IMG/VR virus record: IMGVR_UViG_3300020048_000036
Coordinates: 66,639 to 130,638 of that record
DNA: 64,000 nucleotides
From: a virus
Strand: one strand, 5' to 3'
Position 1 is the stretch's first letter. Each line of letters opens with the position of its first letter. Shown here one piece after another: positions 1-8,566 of this stretch. Made by a program: the position numbers and the translations under genes. Below the pieces are notes generated by a model, which did not search any database, was not told the origin of the DNA, and saw only the letters and a list, made by a program, of their open reading frames with translations.

Positions 1-912
1 GATTTCCTAAAAGAGAATGAAACAGGTATAGAGTTTGATAGGGAAAAACTATACAACGCAAAGTTTACGGGTAATGTTACGGAACTAAAAGCAAGGCTTG
101 ATATTGCTACAAAAACAGCAAACGATATAGTAGAAGGTCAAGTATCTGGAACAGACACCACCGTAGCCTCACGTAACCCCCTTGTAAAGTTCTTGTTCAC
201 CATGCACAGGGGATACTTCCAAAGATTCATGGAACGTGCCTTTAAACCCCGTCAATTGAACCCGATTGTAGGCGCAGAGGAAGAAGGAACATACAGGACT
301 TTTGCAAACGTATGGGGCAAGTCTTGGGACGGGCTAAACGCAAAGGAAAAACTTATCTTGTTCTTGGGATATTTCAAAGCATTTGAACAGCACGATAAGG
401 TAATGACTAAGTTAGGTCTTGATACGGTTGATGTGATAAATACCCGAAGGATACGTAGGGATATGAGGATGTATGCTTTTGCTTTTACACTATATCTTTT
501 AGCTAATTTGCTTGCAGATGATGAGGATAGGGAAGATGATTTCTTTACCCAATATGCAGCTTACGTAGCAAGTAGGGTATTTAACGAGACAGGTTCAGTA
601 CAGTTGCCTTTTGGTGCTATGGATGCACTTAAACTAGTGGAATCCCCTTCAAGCGGTTTCGGATTCTTGGAAGACCTTTTAGGATTGCCTGGTTTTATAG
701 TAAAAGAGAAGAAGGAAATTACCAAAGGAGCATATACTGGTGTTGACCCGTGGACTAGAGGCTTTATACGCCTTACTCCTGCAAAAAACATTATTGAACC
801 AATGTTGTCAAACCCACGTAAATCAAATCTCTTCTTCCGTCTTAATACAATAGGACCAGTAAATGAAAGCCTATTTGAAAATACAAGTGATTTTGTTTAC
901 GACAGAAATTGA
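1..912 (+). CDS. C-terminal part of a large protein, probably virion/ejected (starts upstream of the window)
   Basis: Frame 1 is open from base 1 (DFLKENETGIEF...) through the listed 193..912 ORF. It lies just before the lysis genes. The structural role is inferred from position and general resemblance to the C-termini of giant Bacteroidota-phage proteins. Confidence 0.55.
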   Translation, partial: DFLKENETGIEFDREKLYNAKFTGNVTELKARLDIATKTANDIVEGQVSGTDTTVASRNPLVKFLFTMHRGYFQRFMERAFKPRQLNPIVGAEEEGTYRTFANVWGKSWDGLNAKEKLILFLGYFKAFEQHDKVMTKLGLDTVDVINTRRIRRDMRMYAFAFTLYLLANLLADDEDREDDFFTQYAAYVASRVFNETGSVQLPFGAMDALKLVESPSSGFGFLEDLLGLPGFIVKEKKEITKGAYTGVDPWTRGFIRLTPAKNIIEPMLSNPRKSNLFFRLNTIGPVNESLFENTSDFVYDRN

Positions 913-974
913 TAGGAATTTGGAAATCTGATTTAAAATTATTATCTTTACATACAAAAACCAAAAACAAAATA

Positions 975-1166
975 ATGTCAAAAGAGAGTAACACAGGGGG
1001 GATAGGCTTTGGAGCAGTATTGTTCCTTATTTTTTTAACTCTAAAACTAACTAACCACATTAATTGGAGTTGGTGGTGGATATTCAGCCCATTTTGGATA
1101 CCACTATTAATTGCTGTTGGATTAGGTTTAGTATGGTTGATATTGTGGGTAAAAGATAAATTTTAA
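975..1166 (+). CDS. Small two-TM membrane protein (GIGFG..LKL...W.WWW..SP.W family), holin candidate
   Basis: ATG at 975 follows an A/C-rich leader. Two hydrophobic segments; upstream of the endolysin. Confidence 0.6.
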   Translation: MSKESNTGGIGFGAVLFLIFLTLKLTNHINWSWWWIFSPFWIPLLIAVGLGLVWLILWVKDKF

Positions 1167-1181
1167 AATTTAAAAACCAAC

Positions 1182-1466
1182 ATTATAATAAATAGTTTTC
1201 TAAACCTTTTTTCTAGTAAGAAAGAAAAATTTCGTAATCGAGAGCCATTTGACCCCGAACAAGAAGATGAAGATTTAAAAGAATATATCGTATATTTTAA
1301 GGATAATTTTACGAAGCATATATATTTTACTATAAAAGTTTTTGCCTTAGATAAGGAATCCGCAAAATTCTATGCAGTTTCCACCGCAAATACTAGTGGT
1401 TTATCTTTGGTAGATTTGGTTGTTGAGGCGAGTGATAAAGAAAAAAGCCCCCATGTTTACTACTAA
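1182..1466 (+). CDS. Uncalled 94-aa ORF with a non-ATG (ATT/ATA) start
   Basis: 95 uninterrupted codons (IIINSFLNLFSSKKEKFRNREPFDPEQEDEDLKEYIVYF...HVYY*). The leader AAAAACCAAC is the same one that precedes ATG at 3037. Confidence 0.5.
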   Translation: MIINSFLNLFSSKKEKFRNREPFDPEQEDEDLKEYIVYFKDNFTKHIYFTIKVFALDKESAKFYAVSTANTSGLSLVDLVVEASDKEKSPHVYY

Positions 1467-1492
1467 TGTTTTATTGTTAAAACAAAAAGCAC

Positions 1493-1500
1493 TATATTTG
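1493..1500 (+). promoter_or_regulatory. Bacteroidota-type -7 promoter box (TATATTTG)
   Basis: Exact TAnnTTTG match about 10 nt before a GC-richer structured segment. Confidence 0.55.
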
Positions 1501-1510
1501 TGTTAATAAA

Positions 1511-1623
1511 GAGTCCATCTTTCCACTCGGAAGAAGGGAATCAGAAATCGTAAGCCTAGATGCTCTACGTTTTCCGCTACTACGGGGAGGGTTTTGGGTG
1601 CATCCAAACTCTCCCAATTTTTT
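1511..1623 (+). ncRNA. Candidate small structured RNA ending in an intrinsic terminator
   Basis: GAG..CATCT/AGATG.CTC closing stem with an inner TTCC-ACTC-GGAA hairpin, then a GGGAGGGTTTTGGG/TCCAAACTCTCCC hairpin followed by a T-run. Confidence 0.4.
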
Positions 1624-1640
1624 CGCTTAAAACCAACAAT

Positions 1641-1868
1641 ATGACAACAAAACAACAAGATTTCGTAGACAAATTAATGGACTTCAATAATGGCCTATTA
1701 CATTTAAAGGTAACAATGTATAATAAGGATGTATTAATAACATTCAATAAAGAATCATTACTTGTTTATAAGGATGGCGATAAAAAATATACACAAGACG
1801 AACAAACCGCTAAACCATTAGAATTACCTTTAAGAACTTTGTTGCGGAATTTTAAACTTAAAAACTAA
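1641..1868 (+). CDS. Hypothetical protein (75 aa; true start probably 1641, not 1560)
   Basis: AAAACCAACAAT-ATG leader; the 1560-1640 extension runs through the RNA hairpin. Confidence 0.7.
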   Translation: MTTKQQDFVDKLMDFNNGLLHLKVTMYNKDVLITFNKESLLVYKDGDKKYTQDEQTAKPLELPLRTLLRNFKLKN

Positions 1869-1870
1869 CT

Positions 1871-2530
1871 ATGCTAACACCACCATGTACGGGACATGAA
1901 TTTGAAGCAGAGGAATATAAAACAACAACTATGGAAATAGAAAAAGACTTGTTGGTTGGGGTAAAATATATACCATCACCAAACATAAGTGGTAAATTCA
2001 AAATCAATCTACCAGATACAATAATTATTCACTATACTGCTGGTTCAAGTGCTTCTTCGTCTATAAAAACCTTAACCACCAAAGGCACACAAGCATCAGC
2101 ACATATAGTTGTAGGGAGGGATGGGGAAATAACGCAACTAGTACCATTTGATACAATAGCTTGGCATGCTGGAAAGAGCGAATATGAAGGCCGTAAATCC
2201 TTTAACCAGTATTCTATAGGTATAGAGATAGATAATGCGGGATTATTGACAAAAGAGGGTAATACATACAAATCTTGGTTTGGTAAGGAATACCCAAAAG
2301 AAGAAGTTGTAGAAGGTATCCATAGGAACGGAAATAAAACCCAATATTGGCACAAATACACGGATAAACAAATACAAGCCGTAAAAGAACTTTGTTCAAC
2401 CTTAACAGAACATTACTGTATCAAACACATACTTGGGCATGAGGAAATATCAGTTGGGCGTAAAATAGACCCAGGGCCAGCGTTCCCATTGGATGAATTG
2501 CGTAGTGAATTGGGATATAAAGATAAATAA
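1871..2530 (+). CDS. N-acetylmuramoyl-L-alanine amidase (Amidase_2), endolysin
   Basis: IIIHYTAG, SAHIVV, AWHAG, SIGIEIDN and GHEEI...RKIDPG motifs. Confidence 0.93.
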   Translation: MLTPPCTGHEFEAEEYKTTTMEIEKDLLVGVKYIPSPNISGKFKINLPDTIIIHYTAGSSASSSIKTLTTKGTQASAHIVVGRDGEITQLVPFDTIAWHAGKSEYEGRKSFNQYSIGIEIDNAGLLTKEGNTYKSWFGKEYPKEEVVEGIHRNGNKTQYWHKYTDKQIQAVKELCSTLTEHYCIKHILGHEEISVGRKIDPGPAFPLDELRSELGYKDK

Positions 2531-3028
2531 ATGAATTTTTTATCAGAAGGTAAAAAAAAAGAAGTATCATTTTCTAAGTTGTTTAAGAATACAACTTTTA
2601 GTGGTAAGGAAGTAGATATAAAAGAACATTGGGATTTATCAATATCATTTAAAATTGATGTTAAAGGTTTAAAGAAAATCAGTAGAAGTGATAACTCTAC
2701 TAACGAACATTACCATTTTGTTGAATTAAAGAATGTACAGGGTAATCTAGGGTGGTTGTATGGGGAAGCGGATTATTTTGCTTTTGAGACTGATGAGTAT
2801 TGGGTTGTAGTAAAGAAAGAAGACTTACAAAATCTAGTAAAAGATAAGGTAAGTAAAACAATAGTTAATAGTACGGATAAATCCCTTTACTGCTTATATT
2901 CCCGCCAAGGTAGAAAAGATATAATAACTATGGTAAAGACTTTAGACTTGGTATTAATAGCAACCCAAACCATACCAAAAGAGGAAGATAAAAAGTACCA
3001 TACAATAGGCAACAGTATTTACAAATAA
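2531..3028 (+). CDS. Putative PD-(D/E)XK-fold protein
   Basis: W-D..IDVKG...VELKNV.G..GWLYG.ADY.AFE pattern. Confidence 0.5.
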   Translation: MNFLSEGKKKEVSFSKLFKNTTFSGKEVDIKEHWDLSISFKIDVKGLKKISRSDNSTNEHYHFVELKNVQGNLGWLYGEADYFAFETDEYWVVVKKEDLQNLVKDKVSKTIVNSTDKSLYCLYSRQGRKDIITMVKTLDLVLIATQTIPKEEDKKYHTIGNSIYK

Positions 3029-3036
3029 AAACCAAC

Positions 3037-3387
3037 ATGACACTACAAGAACAAATTTCACAAAAAGAACAAGAACTTAAAGAACTAAGAGCCAAAGTAC
3101 GTGAGCAAGATAAAGAAGAATATAAAAAGTTAATAGGTAATTACTATAAACTTTCCCCCTCGGAATATATTAGGGTAGATTTAATAAACCAATTCACATC
3201 TAGTGTAATATTTGTAACAGGTTTGTTAATTTATGGTGGAAAAGAAGCGGAAGGTAACTTTGAAATTAAATTTTCCGAAGAAATCTCACTATCAGCGGAA
3301 GAACTACAACAACAAGTAACAAGAGAAGAATTTTTAAATTTCCTTAACCAATCCCTAGACTATACTAGGACAAAACTAATAAAGTAA
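3037..3387 (+). CDS. Hypothetical protein with N-terminal coiled coil
   Basis: Intact ORF with the typical leader. Confidence 0.75.
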   Translation: MTLQEQISQKEQELKELRAKVREQDKEEYKKLIGNYYKLSPSEYIRVDLINQFTSSVIFVTGLLIYGGKEAEGNFEIKFSEEISLSAEELQQQVTREEFLNFLNQSLDYTRTKLIK

Positions 3388-3392
3388 AAACC

Positions 3393-4442
3393 ATGAGATT
3401 ACTTTTTATCTGCAAAGAACGAAACCCTTACACCTTCGGTCAAGAAAAACAACTAAAACAAGAAGGTTCTTACGGATTGATAAATTCCTGCAAGCTAGTG
3501 GGAAAATATCTACAGACTCAAAACCCTAAACTAGAATATCAGGTAATAACTGTAGTTGATAACAACGGTATAGATAAAGAAGTACATAACTACAAACCAA
3601 CTCACGTATTCATAGAAGCACTATGGGTAGTTCCCGAAAAGTTTGACGTACTACTGCCGAAATATCCTCATATTAAATGGTCTGTACGCATACATAGCAA
3701 AACACCATTTCTCGCAAATGAAGGGATAGCATACGAGTGGATAGCGAGGTATTTGGACATCAAGAAAAAGTACAATAACTTTACGCTTGCAGGGAATGAT
3801 TATGAATACAGTACTGATATGAACATGGTATACCGTACTAACCTAATGGATACATTACCAAACCTTTATCCAGTAAATACCCGTTTCAAAGTCAGTTGCA
3901 AGTGGGATAACAAACATATTAACATAGGATGTTTTGGTTCGCTAAGACCTATGAAAAACCAACTACAACAAGCCGTAGCAGCTATAATGTACGCTAACGC
4001 AACAGGTAAGATACTTCACTTTCATATTAACGGTAACAGGGCAGAACAGAAAGGGGAACAAGTGTTGAAGAACATGATTGCACTTTTTGATAAAACACCA
4101 CACCAACTTGTATTACATGGTTGGTATCCGCACCAAGAGTTTGTAAAGTTAGTTAAGACAATGGATGTGGGATTACAAGTAAGTTTCTCGGAAAGCTTCA
4201 ATATCGTAGCAGCAGACTTTGTAGCAAATGATATACCTATTGTAGTAAGTGATGATATACGTTGGGCCAGTAATTGCTATATGGCAAAGACAACTGTTGC
4301 GGAGGATATAATGAAGAAGATAGATTTTGCTTATAAGTGGAGAGGGTTAAATTTTCAATACCTAAATAAACTAGGACTTGACAAGTATAATAAAGAAGCA
4401 GCCACATTTTGGAACAAATACTTAAACAAACCAATACAATGA
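3393..4442 (+). CDS. Glycosyltransferase, GT-B fold (GT4-like)
   Basis: IGCFGSLRPMKN and MDVGLQVSFSESFNIVAADFV..IP nucleotide-sugar-binding motifs. Confidence 0.85.
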   Translation: MRLLFICKERNPYTFGQEKQLKQEGSYGLINSCKLVGKYLQTQNPKLEYQVITVVDNNGIDKEVHNYKPTHVFIEALWVVPEKFDVLLPKYPHIKWSVRIHSKTPFLANEGIAYEWIARYLDIKKKYNNFTLAGNDYEYSTDMNMVYRTNLMDTLPNLYPVNTRFKVSCKWDNKHINIGCFGSLRPMKNQLQQAVAAIMYANATGKILHFHINGNRAEQKGEQVLKNMIALFDKTPHQLVLHGWYPHQEFVKLVKTMDVGLQVSFSESFNIVAADFVANDIPIVVSDDIRWASNCYMAKTTVAEDIMKKIDFAYKWRGLNFQYLNKLGLDKYNKEAATFWNKYLNKPIQ

Positions 4443-4466
4443 TAACAGAAACATCAACTAAACAGG

Positions 4467-4497
4467 AAGCCCCACCAACTAAGGTAGGGCTTTTCTT
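4467..4497 (+). terminator. Intrinsic terminator at the convergence point of the two gene blocks
   Basis: AAGCCCCACC/GGTAGGGCTT stem followed by TTTTCTT. Confidence 0.75.
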
Positions 4498-4783
4498 ATT
4501 TAAGTATTTCAATACCTAATTCTCTCTGTACTAGAACTAGTTCTTGGAGGGTGAAATTATGGCTACCACGAACCCACAAATTAACTGTTTCTAGTGGTAG
4601 CGCAAGATTTTCCGCAAGAAGTTCTTTACTACAACCCTTCTCATCCAAAGCCTTCAAAATCTTTAAAGCAATAACTTGAGAATATTTAATCCAATATCTA
4701 TTCTCTACCCTCCATTTAATATTGGCTAAAGTTTTACCACCATCACTAACAGCAATAGCATTTAGTTTCTCTCGGTTTGTCAT
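4496..4783 (-). CDS. XRE/Cro-type HTH transcriptional regulator
   Basis: SKELLAENLALPLETVNLWVRGSHNFTLQEL..VQRELGI HTH pattern. Confidence 0.85.
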   Translation of the reverse strand: MTNREKLNAIAVSDGGKTLANIKWRVENRYWIKYSQVIALKILKALDEKGCSKELLAENLALPLETVNLWVRGSHNFTLQELVLVQRELGIEILK

Positions 4784-5462
4784 ACAATACTTTTTTCTAG
4801 TTCAAAAATCTGTTCTTCAAGACACCTAATAGTATCTTGTGCTTCATTCCATTCTTCATCACTTTTCTCAGCCCAAGTTCTAAGACCTTCATTACTTTTC
4901 CGCAAAGACTCAAGTATATCTACAACTTCATAAATAGAATCACCGTAATGAAAAGCATCACGTACATCATCTCTACCTAAAGCAAATAAATACCTTTGTA
5001 CCTCATCAATACTTTTAATAGCCCTATCAATATCAGGACAAGTGTAACCTATCTTAGTCATATTTTATTGGTTTATAGTGGTTCAAATTTATCAAAATAC
5101 ATACTTACACTCATTAGGGGTATTATAGCAGATAAGGGTATGAAGGCAAAAATAGCAAATCCGTAACAAGCTCCATAAAAGAATGATATAGTATTATCAA
5201 ACCAATCTCTGTCAGGGTATATGTTTAGTTCTTGGTCTATTCTAACTCTTATTACGCCACCCGTAATCAACACAGTTATAAAAACAATAATTAATGGTTC
5301 CCAAATACCAACAGCAAATAAACATCCTAGTATAATGGGGATAGATAAAGCTAATAGGTAGCATACATACTTCAACTTTCGCCTAGACTTTGGTTTCATG
5401 TCCCATATTAATAAATCTAGTTTAAAGAGTAAAATCAATATTTTCGCAAAATAACTTTTCAT
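4780..5462 (-). CDS. Two hypothetical proteins (4780-5061 coiled coil; 5073-5462 four-TM membrane protein)
   Basis: Intact abutting ORFs; hydrophobic segments in the second. Confidence 0.7.
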
Positions 5463-5492
5463 ACAACCTCCTTATTAAGTAATTCAATGGTT

Positions 5493-5524
5493 CAAAGATA
5501 AAACAATTTTTCCGAAAAACCTAA
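5493..5524 (-). promoter_or_regulatory. Promoter TTAGG-(TTTTTCGGAAAAA)-TATCTTTG
   Basis: -7 TAnnTTTG, -33 TTAGG and a palindrome in the spacer. The same geometry recurs at 9985, 30581, 37849, 46110, 53621, 57022 and 59767. Confidence 0.75.
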
Positions 5525-5533
5525 TTTAACCAT

Positions 5534-5570
5534 AAAAAAAAATCCCACCCTAACCGAAGTTAAGATGGGA
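5534..5570 (-). terminator. Intrinsic terminator
   Basis: TCCCATCTTAAC-TTCG-GTTAGGGTGGGA followed by a T-run on the minus strand. Confidence 0.85.
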
Positions 5571-5594
5571 ACACATACAATACAATAAAAAAGA

Positions 5595-5939
5595 TTACTT
5601 AGAATCGTCTACAACCTTTTCCGCAGAAACCTTACGTTCCTCTACAACTTTTTTAAACTCCTCAATAGAAACAGTACTACCATCCTCAAAATACCTACGG
5701 AAATAAACACGGTGCAAAGTAGAATACAAATCAGAAATAGGCTGTGCAGAAGGAAGCAAACCTTGAGCAACTACTTCACCCTCGCCATTATACAAATTAA
5801 TGGCATTCTCATCAATGTAATTCCTGAGAGCAGTCATAATCCGCTGGAAATCCGCACCCGTAAAATCCAGTTTCGTTTCAGGAAGGATAACCTGATTTTG
5901 AAGTGACTTGTAGTCAAATTCATCAACATTCTTTGTCAT
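5595..5939 (-). CDS. Hypothetical protein
   Basis: Intact ORF between a leader and a terminator. Confidence 0.7.
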   Translation of the reverse strand: MTKNVDEFDYKSLQNQVILPETKLDFTGADFQRIMTALRNYIDENAINLYNGEGEVVAQGLLPSAQPISDLYSTLHRVYFRRYFEDGSTVSIEEFKKVVEERKVSAEKVVDDSK

Positions 5940-6162
5940 TGTTATATAATTAAAATGGTTAAAAAATCAATCTCTATTATCAGGCCCACCATATAGATGG
6001 CCTAAAAAATCCCCTATAACAGCAAGGATAACCCCTATTGCTATAAGTAAAGCTATAAGTTGTATAATGTTCATAATGTAAGTTTAAGTGGGGTTTAGGG
6101 TTAGTTATTTGTGGGGCAGATTTTCCGCAATGAAACTACATATTACATTGACATACAACCCT

Positions 6163-7176
6163 TTAAAAATCCAGTTCCTCATCAACTGTTTTAATAGGAC
6201 TAGTAGGAGAGTTGGTTTCTTTAGTAATACCTAGCTTAGATTCTACAAATACATCCTGTATGTTTTCTATATCGTTTATATCACGAATTTTTATAAGATG
6301 ATAGAATATATTATTAATAGGATTAAAGTGATTCCAAGTACTACCACCATCAATTATAAACTCTGGTGAGATGTAATTATATTTTTTCTTATTGAAGACC
6401 ATATATTTTTGTAAAGCCCCTGCCTTGTAAGGGTCATATAAGAATAATACCAAATCTGACAATTGATAAATTCCGTCCGAGCCGTAGAGGTCTGACCTAT
6501 TAGGATTTTCTGTCTTATGATTACCTAAGCGTTCTTGTAGCCTTGTACGTTCTGATTGTACGAGGGGGAGGAAGCAACAATATGGGTGCTCCCGCTTTAA
6601 CCTATTAAAAGCCTCGAAAAGGGAATCCACTGCCTCCTTCGTATTTCCCTTGACAAGGGTCGTATGGTCGAGACTTATTACTACTTTTTTATCAAGATGT
6701 AACTTTAAGAACTCCGAAACCTCATTATAAAACTCAGAACTACTTAGTATCTTTTGAATAACAAACACATTAGGTTGTCTTTCCTCATCGGTAACTTTCC
6801 TAATAGCTTCTAAATTAGAACCAGTCTGTTTGTTAAACAGAACATCCTTCATTTTTAACCCAGTCTTCTGATAAATTTTGCGAAGAATTAGGTTTAGCGG
6901 TGAGCCTTCCCATTGGACCCGAAGCAATACCACATCCTTTTCTGTTTCTATAATATGGTTCTCTATACGTTGTAGTAAGTGGGTTTTTCCCATACCTGAT
7001 GGGCCTGATATTGAGCAAATTGTTCCAGGTAGTAAACCCCCTAATAGGGAATTGTTTAACCACTGACCAAAAGCATCATCCCCACAAGATATAGGCTTAA
7101 TAGTCCCCTTTTGAAATTGGCCTATTAACTTTATAGCATCATCTGTAATTTCCTTGGAAGTTAATATTACTGACAT
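6163..7176 (-). CDS. dnaB: DnaB-like (SF4) replicative helicase, ATPase domain only
   Basis: LLGGLLPG, Walker A GPSGMGKT, Walker B ISLDH, QSER..R and SDLYGSD.IYQLSD; the DnaB N-terminal domain is absent. Confidence 0.8.
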   Translation of the reverse strand: MSVILTSKEITDDAIKLIGQFQKGTIKPISCGDDAFGQWLNNSLLGGLLPGTICSISGPSGMGKTHLLQRIENHIIETEKDVVLLRVQWEGSPLNLILRKIYQKTGLKMKDVLFNKQTGSNLEAIRKVTDEERQPNVFVIQKILSSSEFYNEVSEFLKLHLDKKVVISLDHTTLVKGNTKEAVDSLFEAFNRLKREHPYCCFLPLVQSERTRLQERLGNHKTENPNRSDLYGSDGIYQLSDLVLFLYDPYKAGALQKYMVFNKKKYNYISPEFIIDGGSTWNHFNPINNIFYHLIKIRDINDIENIQDVFVESKLGITKETNSPTSPIKTVDEELDF

Positions 7177-7817
7177 TTTTTATCTTTTGTCTTTACATGA
7201 GGTGTAGTTATAGCTTCTATCTTATCCCAGTTACGTCTTATCCTATCTCTTATTATGTAAGCAGGAACATTATAAACCCTAGCCCAATCAGTAATAGACT
7301 TAGTTTCCTCCCCTATAGTAACATAATGGTTATTTCTACGGTTGTTCTGTTGGTCTCGAAAACTTATCCAACGACAATTTTCTGGGGAATATCCCAAATC
7401 ATTATTAGACCTATCTAAAGTTAAATCATCACTATATCCTGAGGATAAGGCCCAATCACGAAATGGTAAAAATTCAAGCCACTCATCACATACCTTTATC
7501 CCCCGTCCTCCATAGTTGTGGTAATCACAGAAGTTAGGACAACCACACCTATTTTTCATAGCGTTCCATATCCTATAAACTCTAGTATCCCTTTCACCAT
7601 GTCTATAGTTTGATTGTGTCCTACATTTTACACACCCTTGTCCTCTAGCAAAAGCAGCCCAATCTCTATCTATGATGTCCCCACACTTACATTTAAACCT
7701 GTAAGTAACATGTCCAAATTTGTCCCTTCCTAAGTATTCTAAAACTTCTAGTTTTTCATTTTTAAGGCCAACTCTATTTTGAATATCTTCCTCTGTTAAT
7801 CTTACTCCTTTAGGCAT
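7167..7817 (-). CDS. Free-standing HNH-type homing endonuclease
   Basis: YRIWNAMKNRC...YGGRGIKVCDEW...LTLDR.NN..GYSPENCRW...QQNN and a C-terminal helical DNA-binding tail. Confidence 0.88.
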   Translation of the reverse strand: MPKGVRLTEEDIQNRVGLKNEKLEVLEYLGRDKFGHVTYRFKCKCGDIIDRDWAAFARGQGCVKCRTQSNYRHGERDTRVYRIWNAMKNRCGCPNFCDYHNYGGRGIKVCDEWLEFLPFRDWALSSGYSDDLTLDRSNNDLGYSPENCRWISFRDQQNNRRNNHYVTIGEETKSITDWARVYNVPAYIIRDRIRRNWDKIEAITTPHVKTKDKKCQ

Positions 7818-7870
7818 CCTATATTTTTATTGTATGAAAAGTTGTTTTATTGTAAAGGGTTTTTGCAAAA

Positions 7871-8416
7871 TTACAACCCCCCCTCTTTACAAAGTGAGTA
7901 TAGCTTACTTGAATCAAGAGAAAACTTAACTGAAAAAACATTGTCGGCCTTAAAGATTAAGTTTTGGAGGGACCTAATGTACTTAGGCTCTCTACTATTT
8001 GACTCAAGATAATCTTCTACAACCTTATATACTTTTTCAGGTGCATATCCAGTTTCCGCAATAAAGCTGCAATAGTACTGTAAGCCTTTTTTATCAGAGC
8101 CTAGCTTATCATTATATCCATTTGCCAAATAGAGCTGCTTTAGAGCCACGTAGTGACCTTTAAATTCATCAGTGAGGTCAACTATCGACAAGGTACGTAA
8201 AAACGCTGTAGCGGCTTTTGTAGGCTTGAATCCTTTGCCAGATTTTAATGGTTCGATAAACCCTCTCTTTGATAATACTAAAATTGAGTTTTCAATAGGT
8301 ATAAAAGAAAATAGTTCCTTATACAACTCTAGGTCTTTTTGTTTGATTGCTATTAATAATCCTAAATCTTTTATGTCTAGTCCTTGGGTATGCAGTTGTT
8401 TGTAGTTAATATACAT
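7871..8416 (-). CDS. Hypothetical protein with possible winged helix (initiator/loader candidate)
   Basis: L.KRGFI...K.G..F..T pattern; lies upstream of the helicase. Confidence 0.45.
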   Translation of the reverse strand: MYINYKQLHTQGLDIKDLGLLIAIKQKDLELYKELFSFIPIENSILVLSKRGFIEPLKSGKGFKPTKAATAFLRTLSIVDLTDEFKGHYVALKQLYLANGYNDKLGSDKKGLQYYCSFIAETGYAPEKVYKVVEDYLESNSREPKYIRSLQNLIFKADNVFSVKFSLDSSKLYSLCKEGGL

Positions 8417-8566
8417 TTAGTATGTTTTTGTTGTATAAAAAATTTTAATGTGTTAGTGTAGGTTCTTGTTGCCAATTTAAGTATTGGTTATCGTAGGGGT
8501 GTTTGTTGGCTTGTTTTCCGCAAATCTCACAAATAACCCTACCATCAACTCTTTTAAAATCTTCCA

